A DNA stretch of 64,000 nt from Octopus bimaculoides (lineage: Eukaryota). Positions within the stretch are counted from its first letter, which is position 1. Each line of letters starts with the position of its first letter. This document shows, one piece after another, positions 1-13,893 of this stretch. A program made the position numbers and the translations under genes. The stretch lies in contig NC_068984.1 of the NCBI RefSeq assembly GCF_001194135.2, positions 51,792,269 through 51,856,268 on the forward strand, given 5' to 3'. The notes below the pieces were generated by a model. That model was not told where the DNA came from. It did not search any database and saw only the letters and a program-made list of their open reading frames with translations.

Positions 1-554
1 TTAATTTTTTTAATAACTCACCATCCCACTCCTTAAATCCTAAACCTTCCATTCTTTATCGAATTCATTTTTTAAAAATCAGAGTTTAAACTACAGATAG
101 TAATAACTTCTTGCTTTAATCCCAGCAATGGATCACATTTGATGCATCACCATTCCATTACATGTGTTTATGGAGAGAAAAATATTGAAAAACATCAATA
201 GCTATCAGTGTGACAAAAAAAAAAAAACGAGGATGGTCGTGAGATGTACTAAAAATAACAGCTAAATTACACACAAAGTTTTTTGCATAAAAGTATGAAT
301 TCCAGTGTGTAAAACACAAATTTGCAAAAATTTTCGGAAAATTACAAAAAATATAAAAGCTATGAGGGGTTAAACCAGAATTTTACCTTAATAAATACAA
401 TTGTTAGTCACCTGCACAATAAAATTTACAATCTCATTTTCGAAAAGTGCCATAAAATACTCAATTTCATTTGATGGAGCGATTATGTTCTGTGTTCTCT
501 GAAGATATATCAATTGATGATGTCCATCGTTTAAGGATTAAATATCTATGACTG

Positions 555-731
555 CAGTTTGCTTCTCAACCACATGGCTTTGGGTTCAGTCCCACTGCGT
601 GGCACCTTGAGAAAGTGTCTTCTACTATATCCTTGAGCTGACCAGAGGCTTGTGAGTGGCTTTGGTAAACGGAAACAGAAAGAAGCCCGTCATATGCACA
701 CACACACACATACACACACAATGTGTGTGTT

Positions 732-762
<31 letters not shown>

Positions 763-1925
763 CATTGTGTCTGTTTGTCCCACGTCACACCGCTTGACAA
801 CTGGTGTTGGTGTGTAATTCTTCAAAGCAGTGCCCCAGCGTGACCACAGTCTTGTAGTGAAACCTCTCTCTCGGGCATTCAATCATAAATGATAACGAAG
901 CTGCTTACATCTAGCCTTAGGCTGCCTTGGACCCTTCTGTCCACCATCCTGATTGATTCTTATTTGCGTGGCAATTGTCCCCATGTTCTGCTTGCTAAGG
1001 GGACATTACGTCCAATCGTGGCCTTAGGATAGAGTCATGTGAGAGAGAGTTTTTCTGGGTTTCCGGTGAGCCCTATTTCAGCTATAAATAAGCCGATCCA
1101 ACGACGGTAGTCGTCTTCGATTCCAGATCTCTCACAGGTCTGGTCGCTGACCACACATACAGAACACAGCTACAGCCAGTTCCAGCGCCGAGGTCTTCAC
1201 CACCTATGTACTGTCTACCACAATGTCGTGCGCCAGCAACCCCACCACCAGGTACACACCAATATCAACACACTCGGTTTTATATCGACACTGTTTGAGT
1301 GGATTGTTTCCACCACGAGCAACAGTCAGAACTAGNNNNNNNNNNNNNNNNNNNNNNNNNNNNNNNNNNNNNNNNNNNNNNNNNNNNNNNNNNNNNNNNN
1401 NNNNNNNNNNNNNNNNNNNNNNNNNNNNNNNNNNNNNNNNNNNNNNNNNNNNNNNNNNNNNNNNNNNNNNNNNNNNNNNNNNNNNNNNNNNNNNNNNNNN
1501 NNNNNNNNNNNNNNNNNNNNNNNNNNNNNNNNNNNNNNNNNNNNNNNNNCTCACATATTGTACACACACTATTGCTTATATGACTGTCCGTCACTTCACA
1601 TTGTTGTATACATTCTCTTGTACACGAAGGCCTGACTTATCTACTGTGTTATTTATATATGTCGCATGCACGCACACAGACACAAACAGTTTCACTATGT
1701 TAATAAACTTACTCTCATTATAAATCATAACGGTTGTCTGTCCTAAGTTCTTTTACTGGCACTATGGCTCGTATCTCTCACGACGAGCCTTCTATCTTAT
1801 ATATCTTATTTTGTGTTCGACCGTGCGACATGGTAAAAAGGAGCCTTTTCCGTCTACGTCGCCATCTCCTTTGGTTCGCACGGTCGAAGTGTTACAGTCT
1901 AATGACTGAAACAAGTAAAAGATGG
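555..1925 (+). mobile_element. SINE family A (tRNA head, internal microsatellite, aatgactgaaacaagtaaaaga tail), split by a solo LTR
   Basis: Matches the full-length copies at 34433, 46272 and 49911. Confidence 0.8.
853..1896 (+). mobile_element. Solo LTR (Gypsy-like) inserted into a SINE 3' end
   Basis: TGTAGTG...GTTACA termini, 4-bp TSD GTCT, internal ctataaata and aataaa; splits the SINE tail cacagtct|aatgactgaaac. Contains an N gap. Confidence 0.85.
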
Positions 1926-2392
1926 CGTAGATTTAGGTGTCAATAGCAATAAATGTAGATCATTCAGGATGAAAATATTGATCTGTGAGGGGACATTATA
2001 AGAATTAACGAAATACCAAATGAAAATGAGACACAAATCTGCTTGAAATGAAACTATATTAACAGTTTGTAGTACTACGACTTGCAGAGGTACTCTCACA
2101 CGGCCTATTAGGAAATGTCTTCTTCTCCGACAGTTACTGCACCGGAGAGCACTACAGTTACTTTCCTTGTTTGAGTAAGCAAACGTATTAAATAAATAAA
2201 TATGTATGTATGTATGTATGTGTGTTGGGTGGAGTATACTTACATATATGCGCTCGCGCATATATGTCAGTCAGGTCGTTTGCGTCACAGAACTCACATA
2301 CGTATGCGCGCGTTCGCGAGTTCTTTGACGCGAATGACCTTATTCATTCGCGCTGTTCACTTCAGTAACTGACCAGCTTCCTGATTACTTAC

Positions 2393-2556
2393 TATTTATC
2401 AGACAAACACGCGAGCCAAATAGACTTCATATTCACCAGGAAGTGAGACAGACATGTATCGCTGAACCCAGCAAAGTATAACACACAGTAGTTTCTCGCG
2501 TACTTAACCAGTAGTAAAGGGGGCAATACCATCAAGTGACATTCCATTTTAATGAT
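2393..2556 (-). CDS. Candidate internal exon of an unidentified minus-strand gene (IIKMECHLMVLPPLLLVKYARNYCVLYFAGFSDTCLSHFLVNMKSIWLACLSDK)
   Basis: Minus acceptor ttaatttttgtttattttcag and donor |gtaagt; 164 nt with one fully open frame. May instead be UTR. Confidence 0.4.
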
Positions 2557-2882
2557 CTGAAAATAAACAAAAATTAACTAAAATTAACTAGAAAAGAAAC
2601 AAAATAGATTCCAAAATTTAAAAACGCAGTAAATTCCAAAATTTAGAATAACGGCGGGCACTTGGTTACCAACCCAATATAACTAGGAATTTGATTCGAG
2701 AACGTATAGAGATTTTGACATGGCGGCGCGCCCTTGTCTTCTCAGAAATAAATGTATGAAAATATAAAACATTAACTATTCGGTGATTCACGTTTATGAA
2801 CACAACTTCTTACCTCTGCTTCTCATTTCTACCTAGTTATCTTGGCTAACCTAACAAGTTATATAAGGAAATGCTTTCTTCA

Positions 2883-4440
2883 AGGTGAGAGTTAGCTACG
2901 GTTTCAGCGAGAAATTTAGCATGCAGGTAGATGTCCAACAGGGTTCAGTTTTTAGCCCCTTCCTGTTTATTATTATTCTCCTCGCCGTAACAGGAGTTTA
3001 AGGGCCTCACCACCTCCCGGCCATAGGAACTGTAGTGAAACCTCTCTCTCGGGCATTCATTTACAAATGATAACGAAGCGGCTAACATCTAGCTTTCGGC
3101 CGCTTGGACCCCTTGTGTCCATCACTCTGATTGGTTCTTATTTGCGCGGCAATTGTCACCAGTTCTGTTTCGCACCAGGGTGCATACCGTCCAATCGTGT
3201 CCTTCAGATAAGGTCACATGAGAGAGTTTTTCTGCGTTTCCGGTGAGCCCTATTTCATCTATAAATAACAGTTTGTCGCGACCTCAGACCTTTTCAGGTC
3301 TAGTCGTAGACCAGACACAGAACACAGCTCTAGCCAGTTTCCAGCGACGACGTCAACACCACCAATCTACTGTATACTACAGTTCCGTCGCCAGTACCAC
3401 CACCAGAGTACACACCAACAACGACAGCGATTTCATCTCTGCACTGTTCGAGTGGATTGTTTCCACCACGAAGATAACAGTCAGAACAACCATGCGAGAA
3501 CCTTCTGTACCAAGTAACCGGTCTACAGCATCGACGCTCAACTTCCACACAGCATGTGACACTACAGCTCTGCTCCTTGGCCACGACTTCTTGTTCCTTT
3601 ACTGGCACTTGCTCGCATCATCTCACGCGAGCCTTCATATGTCATATTATACGTTTTTGTAGCGACCGTGCGACGCGTTTAAAGGAGCCTGTTTCTCCCG
3701 CACGTCACCATTCTCCTTTGGTTCGCACGGTCGTATATTACAGAACTATTGCATGCAGATGACCTAATTCCCATAGCTGAAATTACCGAAGAATTGGAGA
3801 TGAAATTCCAAACATGAAAGTAAAGCTTAGGATGGAGATGCCTTAAAATAAACGTAGTAAATGCGATAGTTTAAGTTGACGATAAAGAAGAGAAAACTTT
3901 CCTGCCATCTTGGGAAGTCGCCATAGTCAATATGCAGAAAAGGAGTAGAATCGCCAGCAAGCTGGCAGGGAAGACTTCTTATGTAGTAGACGTACAGAAA
4001 CAGTTAATAGTAAAAGCATTATGAAACGAGTTCATTTAAATATATGTACTATTTCTTAAAAGTAGTAAATTTCTGCTTTCTAGGTGATATAATAAGCTGT
4101 GGTGGTAGGTATTCTGAAAGAAGAGTAGTCAGGATAGAGAGGAAAAAGTCGAAGATAATATTAACTCTGCTTTCAGCAAAGATGCTCTTGCAAAAAGATG
4201 AGTAAGTTGTCTAATGTTTATGATGTTGCATGGTAGCGAAACATAGCTACTAAATGCGAAAGATGTGCAATGGGTGGAATGAAATGAAGTGAGCACACTC
4301 TGCTGAGTGTGTAATGTTACCTGCATGAATGATAGAGCACAAATGAGCTGTGAAAAAAATCAAATGAGAAGGAATTTGACGAAAAGGCAGACAAGGAAAG
4401 AAGTGATAAAGAGTGATTTTTACAACCACGCGATGACAAA
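2883..4440 (+). mobile_element. Degenerate RTE-clade LINE RT fragment (interrupted by the LTR at 3031-3742)
   Basis: Remnants of VHQGSVLSP, ELLxADDL and MLHGSETW-like motifs with stops and frameshifts. Confidence 0.7.
3031..3742 (+). mobile_element. Solo LTR of the same family, inserted into an RTE RT fragment
   Basis: TGTAGTG...ATTACA termini, TSD GAAC, homologous to 853-1896. Confidence 0.85.
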
Positions 4441-5596
4441 GGCGGCAAGAACGTACTAGAAAAGGATCCGTCCAACCCATGTAACACGTAAAAACAGATG
4501 TAAAATAAGGACGATGAATGGTAAAGATGATACCTTTACTGTGTTTCCTTGTCATTACCTCCTCCATTCAACATTTTCAAATCTGTCAGCGTTTCTTTTA
4601 GTTTCTCATCACTCTGACCATTGCCGCTCCACTAAAAATTGTTATTTTTCTTTCCCTTCTTTATCACTCCCTCTCACTAATTATAATCTATTTATCCTTC
4701 AATATCAGTTAATATTTTCTCTCTCCGATAAAGTATTGCCGCCTGAAATGTTAAACTTCTCGTTTTTGTCACTACATAAAACAGCCCATTGTTTGAACTA
4801 TTTCCATTAGCGTTTACTGACACAGAATATCACTCGAATACACCGTTTCATCATATTAGTAATGGGATATTACTGTTATTTAATTCCAACTGAGCAGATA
4901 CATAATTAAAGATTCAGATATGACCATCATGCTTTTGTATATCCAGGACTACATTTTTCTCTTAAGGTAAAACATAATAGCCTTAATAATTGAGACCGGA
5001 TCAAGGTGGTTGTAGTTAACAAGAGACTGCAGATGGAACCATTCTGCTGGTGAAGGCTAATACGGCCCTGACTACCCAAATCAGGCGAAGTGCACTGGCA
5101 AAGCGGTGAAACGCTTGTGATTCTGAGACTCCTGCTAAACATAAAGAACGTCTACCAACAATGTAACTGCTTTAGTTGCATTGTTTAATCAAATCAAGAA
5201 AAAAAAAATAAAGCTTGCAGCATCATCGTTATGTAGCTCAATGCAGTTCTTGCTTGGGGCAAGCTTCTCTGGTGTTTATTTCTTGCATCAAGCATATAGT
5301 ATGCATTTTTCGATGTGTAATAATGAACGCTATGCTTTTATTCATTTTAAACATTTATTTATATTTCACTTGCCAATAAAATGATAGGTATTTATTTTAC
5401 AAACTAGCATACCCGTGTCAAAAACGCTGACAGTCATATTAATGATAGAACATGGTATATCAAAACAATAGAAGAAACCATTGATAAATGTCAACAATCG
5501 AGCAAATGTATGTACATATACAGAATTGAAGTACTTTCACAGATAAAGTTTTAATGGCTCGGTTGAAAATATCATCGACGTGATATATAATATATA

Positions 5597-7790
5597 TGTA
5601 GCGTACACTCGAGTGAAATACCTTCCCCCTTTATTATATATACGAGCATTCGAACGCAGCAGATAACAACTAGCCTTTGGCCGCTATTTGGACCCCGTTG
5701 TGTCAACTACTCTGATTGGATGGTATTGGCGCAATTTGCCTCTTACTCTATCGCGCTAATATGCAGCGTATAACCAGTCGGAGCCTCGGATCTTTCTGAA
5801 TTGACGGGAACCACTTGTTTTCTTAACGAAACACTTTCAAACTTGGGATACTGGTAGAATGTGTCATATAAAACAACTTTTTCTCTTATTCTTCTTAACA
5901 AAAAATTGTACATCGCAAGTTATTTCATGTTAAAGTTGTCGTATTTCTGTAATTTCAACCAATCACTGACGTCTATTCAGCTGAATACAGTTACTGCTGT
6001 TTTTGTAAACAATCATTTTTGCCGGTGTCAAGATCGTTATTCCCTAGTAAGGGTTTACGGTTTTAGGGTTAGGGTTCGGGTTTTAGAGTTAGGGTTAGGG
6101 TTGGGGTTATGAGTTATAGGGTTTTAGGCTTAGGGTTATGAGTTATAGGGTTTTAGGGTTAGGGTTAGGGTTACGGTTATGAATGAGGTTATGGCAAAAA
6201 TAATCATAAGCCTAACCCTACAACTAACCCTAACTCTAAAACACGAACCCTAACCCTAAAACCCTTGTAAAAAGTTTGATAGTTGGTTGTCATAGAGACT
6301 TTAGTCTCTCTCTATCACCTTTCAACAGCATTAATATATGAAGAGACATTAGAACAATTAACAACATATTAAAACGGTTTTATTTATGACTATTATGCTT
6401 GGTTTCACAATTACTGTCATTCTGCTTAGCAGCCGCTGATTAGGTTGTAGTTTGGTAATGGAAGGTTAAGGGCTTCGTGGAGGAGCGAGGTGTTGCTACG
6501 TAGGTCTCAGCTCAACTCGCTTAACAAAGTGAAACTCTCTCTATAAGTACGAGTTTTACTACGCATGCGCAACTCGAGGGGCTTCCGGTGGTGCAGTCCT
6601 CTGCGCATGCGCAGAATAGTACTTCTTCAATGGTGGCCTATAATTTCGCGCCACTACACCCTAAAGTTAAAACCAGTACAAACGCACGAACGATGTCATA
6701 AATAACAGTACCACGGATAGTTGTTGTTGACAAAGAACGGCACTAATTTTATTCAGGGGAAAAGATCCCATGATACCGTTAGAACATGTTGTTTACATTC
6801 CACGGCAGTAATTGTTTTCACCTCAATAGACGTCAGTGATTGGTTGAAATTACCGAAATACAAACATTTTTTACATGAAATAACTTCGAATACAAAATTT
6901 TTATCTGTTCTATAACACAAAATATACAAGTATACGAAGTTTGAAAGTGTTTCGGTACCAAAAACACTACATAAAACACAAACGAAAAGTGGTGTCCGTC
7001 AATTCAGAAAGATCCGGAGCCTCTAAATAAGATCACGTGAGACAGCCTGTTCTCAATCCCGTTTGAGCTTACTGTTCCTTATGAAAACTCACCTTCTCCT
7101 CGTCTCGAGGTCTTTGGTTCCAGACCTTTTAAGGTTTAGTCACTGACCACATAAGACACAGGCAGTTCCAGCGACAACACCAGACGACCCGTCCAACAGC
7201 ATGAAGGCAATCTCCGTCTTCGTCGCCACCATCATCTTCTTAACGTCGTCAACATAATTTCTCTACGTACACAGCTCAAGCAACACTGCACAGGTTCCAA
7301 CATAGCACTGTTTGTGAATTACTTCACCATGGTTAACATATACAACCTGCGAGAACTCCTGTACAAGTGACCCAGGTAGCAGCATTACAGCCACAACTTC
7401 GTACATGTACCGCAACTCCGGCTCTGCATCATCGCCGCAACTTCTTTATACAGTATTTCAATTACCGTGTTCAATTGAATACCAATTGGTATCTCTCATT
7501 CTTGTGTCTATGAACATTCGTCTAACTTCTCATTATAGACTTTTTCACTGTCTCTTTCTTCATTGTTATTCTTATATGCAACACACGCATACACCCATGC
7601 CTATACTCACGAACACTTTGTTCTCATGACGGCCCGTCATTTATTCTGTATACATGACGCACACACACACAAGTTAGCATATCAATAAAACCTCTTCTCT
7701 CAAACATTCTACTCGGTTGTGTCTTTCTCTTTTCCAACTGGCACATGACCATCTAAACGAGGAATGAATATGCCTTACTCATCATAACTT
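5597..7790 (+). mobile_element. Diverged LTR of the same superfamily, split by a TIR element
   Basis: 5660-5780 and 7024-7750 match LTR segments of 853-1896. Right end and TSD not resolved. Confidence 0.55.
5788..7015. mobile_element. Non-autonomous Merlin-like DNA transposon with internal telomere-like arrays
   Basis: TIRs GGATCTTTCTGAATTGACGG / CCGTCAATTCAGAAAGATCC, 8-bp TSD GGAGCCTC, degenerate ttaggg/ccctaa runs at 6045-6265. Confidence 0.8.
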
Positions 7791-8868
7791 CAAAATGAGC
7801 TCAAGCTAAGGAATCAAGATAACTTTGACAGATGACCGCATAAATATCCGAGTACCAATGTCAGATAAAAAAGAAAAAAAAAAAGAAAAAGATGTAGGAG
7901 AATAAGGTTTCGATTCTTGCCTGCGAATCCAAGAAACGATCTCTTACAATCTCTTCCTTTCAAATAGGATTTATTCACATTTTGTTTGATTGTATTGCCA
8001 TTTCATTATCAACTAACCAAGAGGAAATTCACATAAATGAATGTTTCAGTTTTCTATTTATAATTTCTAGTTCTTGGTGGAAATATAGTATAATGACTCA
8101 GTCCTCTTGAGAGTGTCACTTACACAATAGCCCAAACTGTTAAAACAGCAGCCCAATCTCCCACAAACCACACACTATTATCTTAATAAATGCAATCTTG
8201 GATACATTACACAAAAACTAGAAAAAAGATAGGACAGTCACGACTAAACTGCTGGTTTGGACAAAGTTTGACCGATTGCATAAGTGTCATAAGTTTGTTC
8301 GATCAGTATTAATCTGGGGGGAGTTAAAGGAAATAAGCTACAGAATCTTTTTTAGAAACTTAGCAGATATTTTGTCTATTTGAAAGACTTTATCAACAAT
8401 TGTTCTTGTGATCCAAATCAACTCAGAACAGATCTAAGATGGATCTTTTCTGTTTGGTTCACACTTTCCAATTCCTCTAATTTTGTTCCAAATGATTTCA
8501 AGTTTGGTGTATTGATGTAGTTTTGCAAAATAATCATTGACATGAACTTCATTTTTACTACAAGTTAATAAATAAAAAGTTAATAGCTTTTAAAGTTTGT
8601 AAATTTGGGGTAATTTTAGCCATAGACATTGGTACCTGTTTCCGTAATAACAAGCCAAGGTATAGTCTGCTTTAGTCAATCGAAAGCCATAGACATACTT
8701 GTTTCCATAGTAACAAGTCAAGATAAAGTCTGCCAAGTGAAGTTTGTTGAGATAAACGAAACAGTCGAGTCGAAACTGATTTCTGAAAACGTAAATACCC
8801 ACACACAACAAGTGGAAAGCACAAGGGCCTCTGTAAAACGAAGTAATAAACGACGCTGTGGCACTCAC

Positions 8869-9130
8869 CATTCTATAGTTGACTCTTATCTCTTCGAGTA
8901 TGTGGTGCAGGAGATACGAAAATTGTAATTTGCTTGACAAACTCCTAGAGTGCATCGCAAACTTTTGTTTTTGAATTTTCGCTACACAATATGCATTATT
9001 TACATGAACTGAACTACAGTTTGCTTTTTGTAATTTAACGTTTTTTTTTGTTTTGTTTTTTCGTAATTCAACGTTTTGTTTAATGTCATAGACAGCTATC
9101 ATGCAGAAGACGCTAGCTTCCAAATCTGGT
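8869..9130 (-). other. Candidate first exon of a divergent minus-strand gene, ending ATG|gtgagt
   Basis: Plus-strand gcactcaccattc = minus gaATG|gtgagtgc, in a CpG-containing region. Upstream boundary uncertain. Confidence 0.3.
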
Positions 9131-9779
9131 TTTCTTACTGGGTAAAATTAATCAAACTTTGAACCTCTGACAGTTTTCTAAAACTTTTCTGGTACTAGTG
9201 AATAGCATGAGATTTAGCGTGAAAATTTACACCAGTATACCAAATATGAAAAATTTTCACTTAATTTTAAAATTTCAAAAAATCTGAGCCAAACAAAAGA
9301 TCCTCGTAGAGTCTTCTCACTTTGTGGTGTGACTTGGAGGAGAGTAAAACAGATAATGAGAAGCATCACATGAATGAATATCGTAGTTCGTACTATATCA
9401 TGAGCGTTGCTTTCTTTGTTCGTGCAAGACACTTTTCTTTCAAATGGACCAGGGCACGTAGCTATAAGTACGTACACTATGTCAGGAAAAAATTACTGCA
9501 GCAAGAAAACATTGAACTCACGAGTATTTCGATAGCTTGCAAAGCAGTATTCAACTCATGAGTATAGCTTGGAGATAGTTAAGTTCTTCTAAGTTGAAGT
9601 AATATAATATGCATTTTATATTAAATTACGTTTTGGTCTTAGTGTTTAAAATGCTTTCTTGGTATGGGCTTGAGATTTTATTAGTAGGCGAGTTCAAACT
9701 TAACGTGCGAAATTTCTCCTATTGACGAAAATTCTCGTAACGCTGCTTTATGTGGTTGTTTAGTTTGCAATATACACCA

Positions 9780-9972
9780 CATAAAAACAGAATCGTCAGT
9801 GCTACTCCTGCAACCCAACTCCGCACACAACTTATCGTTACCATGGAGGATCATAAATCTATAATTATGTGAATGTTAACTCAAGAAAACTATTTCATAA
9901 AAGTTGGATAAATGGATAATATGTGAAAGGTAGATGTGGAGCGGAAATACTAAAGCATGTTTCGTCGTAAGT
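9780..9972 (+). promoter_or_regulatory. Candidate non-coding first exon/promoter of the GAIN gene
   Basis: CpG-containing stretch with donor C|gtaagt at 9967. The signal-peptide exon starts with an acceptor, so an upstream exon is expected. Left boundary approximate. Confidence 0.3.
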
Positions 9973-12059
9973 GCGAGGTCTAATTGTTTTCACGGTTTTA
10001 GAATGGAGAAAGAAGGACCCATTTTCCTCATGTTGTGCTGCTATATGTTTTGGTGTTCGTTTTCCATTGAAGGGGTGTCTAGTAAAATGTCTTAGTCAAG
10101 CATTTGCATGCATATATGTATAAAGCCAATTAGTACGATACATTTTAGATGATGAATTGGCAGAGTACAAAGGTCCAGCGTGTTGGATCTGAGGAATTAT
10201 TAGAGCGTTAGGCGATATATCTAGCGGTATTTGTCTTAGCTAAAGGGCGAGGTACGCCCCGGGCGGAACTACTCTTGGGTCCGCTGTAAGCAATATGTAT
10301 TTTTTGTGGGGTAAACTGAAGGGCCATCCAGGGCAATAGACACTCTAGCTACGCTAGTCGCTCTATACATTCTGAGTTCTTGGGTGGTAGGCTTAATCAG
10401 TCCCTCGATTTAACACCACCGTCTGGCCCTTAGGTGACTTTGTCGGAGTTCACTCTGCTGCAAGCGTTTAGACCAGGTCTCCGATTTGAGGATAACTTGT
10501 TTCTTTCTGAAGAAATAATGGGTTATAACCAGCGCTCTTTCCTCCCCGGAGACAACTATTTATTATACTCGCAAGAAGATAATTAAAGTCAATAAACGAT
10601 GTACTATAAATACATTTTATTTCATTTCCTTTTTTAGATTACCATTCATAGAAAATGTAACATGTTTCTTTTTTTAATTTCAATTTGCATGTTTTGTGAA
10701 ATGTGTCAGGAAGTTCAGTTTGACGTAAAAATGTTTTCCATAACGAAACAAACATAAGATATTGTGTATTCATTCTGAGAGGGAAAAGAAGAGGATTGAT
10801 AGTTTATTGTCAAATGATGCGGAAATAAATAACTCCTTTGTATAGTATGTTAGCTATGTCCTCGTAGGAAAGCAATCCGGATGCGTCCAAAGGAAGGGAC
10901 CGGATGTGACAAACTTGTGTGATGTATACATTTTTTTGAAGTGGGGGTGGTAGGTAGAGAGAGTGGGTGGTTAGCAATTATTCTGTCAGTACGTATTGAC
11001 TTATTACCTGGATTAGGTCCTTTTGCAGATCGGGGATTCTAAAAGAAGAAAGGAAAGAAAATTTAAAGAAGAGAAAGAAAAAATATCCTATTCACGTGAG
11101 TTGTAAACATTGTTTTAAATGGTAGATTTTTATTTTTCATAATTTTAGGCGAAAGATTTGCCATTGTGATAATTGAAAGTTTTTTTTGGTAACTAGTATT
11201 AAAATTATGATTTTCATCATGTATGTATAGTGTATGTATGCGTGTGTGCGATGGTTACACCGAAAGTAATACAAAAGTGGGCATAACTTTTTTAATTAAC
11301 TGATATAAGTCGTTTAATTGCTATTGTTGGTAGAATAACTCTTCCTCAATACACAGTCTCCAACTCAAGCGGTGTCATTGCGCCATCACTCAACCCAACT
11401 AGAATTCTCTTGGAAAAAATTCAAATGCGCACAGTCGAAACCTACCTCTTCAGATACTTTCGCCTCGTCAATGTCCATCAGGGCGGAGGTAAATTATACG
11501 TACACCACTCGTTTTCGGCGTAACAAAAATCCTATTCCTAACCCGAAACCCTAACCTTACACCCTAAACACCAAGTGTGCGTATTCTTTACCTTCCCTGT
11601 CCATCAGATTTGTGTCCCCCAAAACCGTCTTTCATTAGACTGACTAGGTGGGAATCGATGGCGTTTTACAGTGGAGTATGATCACTGACAAGTCCAGTTG
11701 GCTCGATCGCCTCATTTGTTTGCCGAAAATGTGTTTGGTCGCGCATTAACATGGTGAATGAGGATCGTTTTCAGATTCTTGTTCAGTCTCTTCCTCATAA
11801 TAACTTCAGTAAGAATCTTGAATGTTCCAATGCACCACTCACTGTTCACGGTGAAGCCACATTACAGAAAATCAAGGAGACCGACGCACTTGTCATCCTA
11901 TTCTCCACCAAAAAGAACAAACAAAAACAAAACAGTCGCAATGTCTTTCTTTGTCGATTGCTGGGGGAAGATGTATGGCGCCATTCCAAGGAATGGGTCT
12001 TCGTTTCCGGATACACCCACGTTTTATTCCCTTTCACTTGATCGGAAAAAAAAAAAACG

Positions 12060-12262
12060 GGTAAATTTTCAGATTAACACCCACACAATTTTCACTAGGG
12101 TGTTAGGGTTAGGGTTTTACGGTCAGGGTTACGGTTAGGGACGGAATTCTCTAACCCTAACCCTAAAACCTAACCCTGATCCTAACACCGTAACCCTGAC
12201 CCTAAAACCCTAACCCTAACATCCTAGTGAAAATCGTGCGGGTGTTAATCTGAAAATTTACC
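12060..12262. mobile_element. Fold-back MITE (Merlin-like) whose arms carry ttaggg-type repeats
   Basis: Arms GGTAAATTTTCAGATTAACACC... are inverted; 8-bp TSD AAAAAACG. Confidence 0.8.
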
Positions 12263-12773
12263 AAAAAACGTACCCTCATTGGCTTTTAATGCTTTCTACA
12301 GATCGAAGAAGGCTTCCACTCTTCTCTTCTTCAGCTTGATTATCATCTACAGTAGTACCCACTTAGCACATACTTTCCAATATCTGAAGCCTTCCACCTT
12401 CTTCTGCAAGGCATTGTCATTACTGTCCAGTAATGCAACAAGCGCGGTACCCTGTCAAATGTCTTCTACTTTGACTCTGGTCCGACCAATGTCTAGTGGG
12501 TAATTTTTGGTAGACGAAAACTATATGGAAGCCTGTCGTGTGCGTATGTGTGCGCTCGCGCATTTGTTAACCTTCCCCGTTTGACAACCTGTTTTGCTTT
12601 GTTTACGTCTCCGAAACTGGTTTGGCAAAAGAGACAAATGCAATAAGTAACAAACTTAAAAGCGATCCCGTGATTGATGTGTTTGACTAAACACTTTAAG
12701 GATGTGCTTCAGCGTGGCTGCAGTCTAACAACAAAAACAAGTAGAAGAATAAACGGACACACATACACTTTAC

Positions 12774-12822
<49 letters not shown>

Positions 12823-13893
12823 GTATGTGTGTGGGGGTGGGTGCAGAGCAAAATTAGTAACAAGGGTAAAATGAACAATTTCTGATTTCTCGCTATTTTC
12901 TCCCTATCTGTTTGAAAACTATCTGCTGTCTAAGGATGAATATTGATGTGTATGTGTCTGTCTTCAAATGTAATTCTGGAGAATTGAACAGGCAAATTTA
13001 CCTTATCTTGTATAACTTTTCATCAGCTAAATTTGTCTTTTATAAGCTCAAAGAGAATAGAGATAGTTTTCTGAAATACCATTCTGAATATGTTACAGTG
13101 TTTTTAATGCATTTATAGAAGATCATTTGCTTAGTTGATATGGTCTTTGTAAGGGAGTGAACATTTACCAAAAAATGCATTTTTTCTCAGTCAAAAATGT
13201 AGTAAAAACTCGTCATTGTGCCTCCCCCACCATGTATGTGTGTGTGTGACACACACACACACACACATTTAGTGTATTTCGGTGTCCGTTGCAACTGTGC
13301 CGGGAGAGGGTTAAAGTTTAAGTGATCTTACCCCTTCCATGGCATATTGGGAGCATCAGGTAAGGGTACCGAATCTTTAGGGCTGAATCTACTACCACTA
13401 TACGTCTTTCTCCTTCCTTGAGAAAATTTCGAAATTACACTAATTTCAGAGGCATTTTGAGGGAGCATGAAATGGGTATTTGGGCACCTTCTGATTAGGG
13501 GCGCTATTCAATACGTAGTATTAAAATAATATCTATCTTTTACTTGTCAGTAAACTGTGGCCATGCTGGGGCATCACTTTCATATATTTATTATCTGTTA
13601 AAAATAATAAATGATTAACAAGTTATCGATTGTAATTATTATATATTAGTCTTACGTTGAAACTTATAATAGTATTCTTGCTAAATTTGATAATTAAATT
13701 CATAAATTAAACAGATCTGTGTACAAGTATAATTAAGCAGACTTATTCTATTTTATTTTATTCAATTTTCATTAGCTCGATCATTACATTTTCTATACCC
13801 AACTCTTATTTATCGTTATTACGTTTCCCGTCATTTGATGTCGGATTTTGCATGTATGATCTGATCTGAGCACTAATCTGTCTGTATCAATTA

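Noticed and set aside
2880-2892. Plus-strand donor-like caag|gtgaga
   Set aside because: Part of the RTE reverse-transcriptase remnant.
6045-6265. TTAGGG-like runs as a true telomere or chromosome-fusion scar
   Set aside because: Short, degenerate and confined within transposon TIRs.
6560-6615. GCGCATGCGC (NRF1-like) motifs and CpG cluster suggesting a promoter
   Set aside because: They lie inside the TIR/TSD-bounded Merlin-like element.
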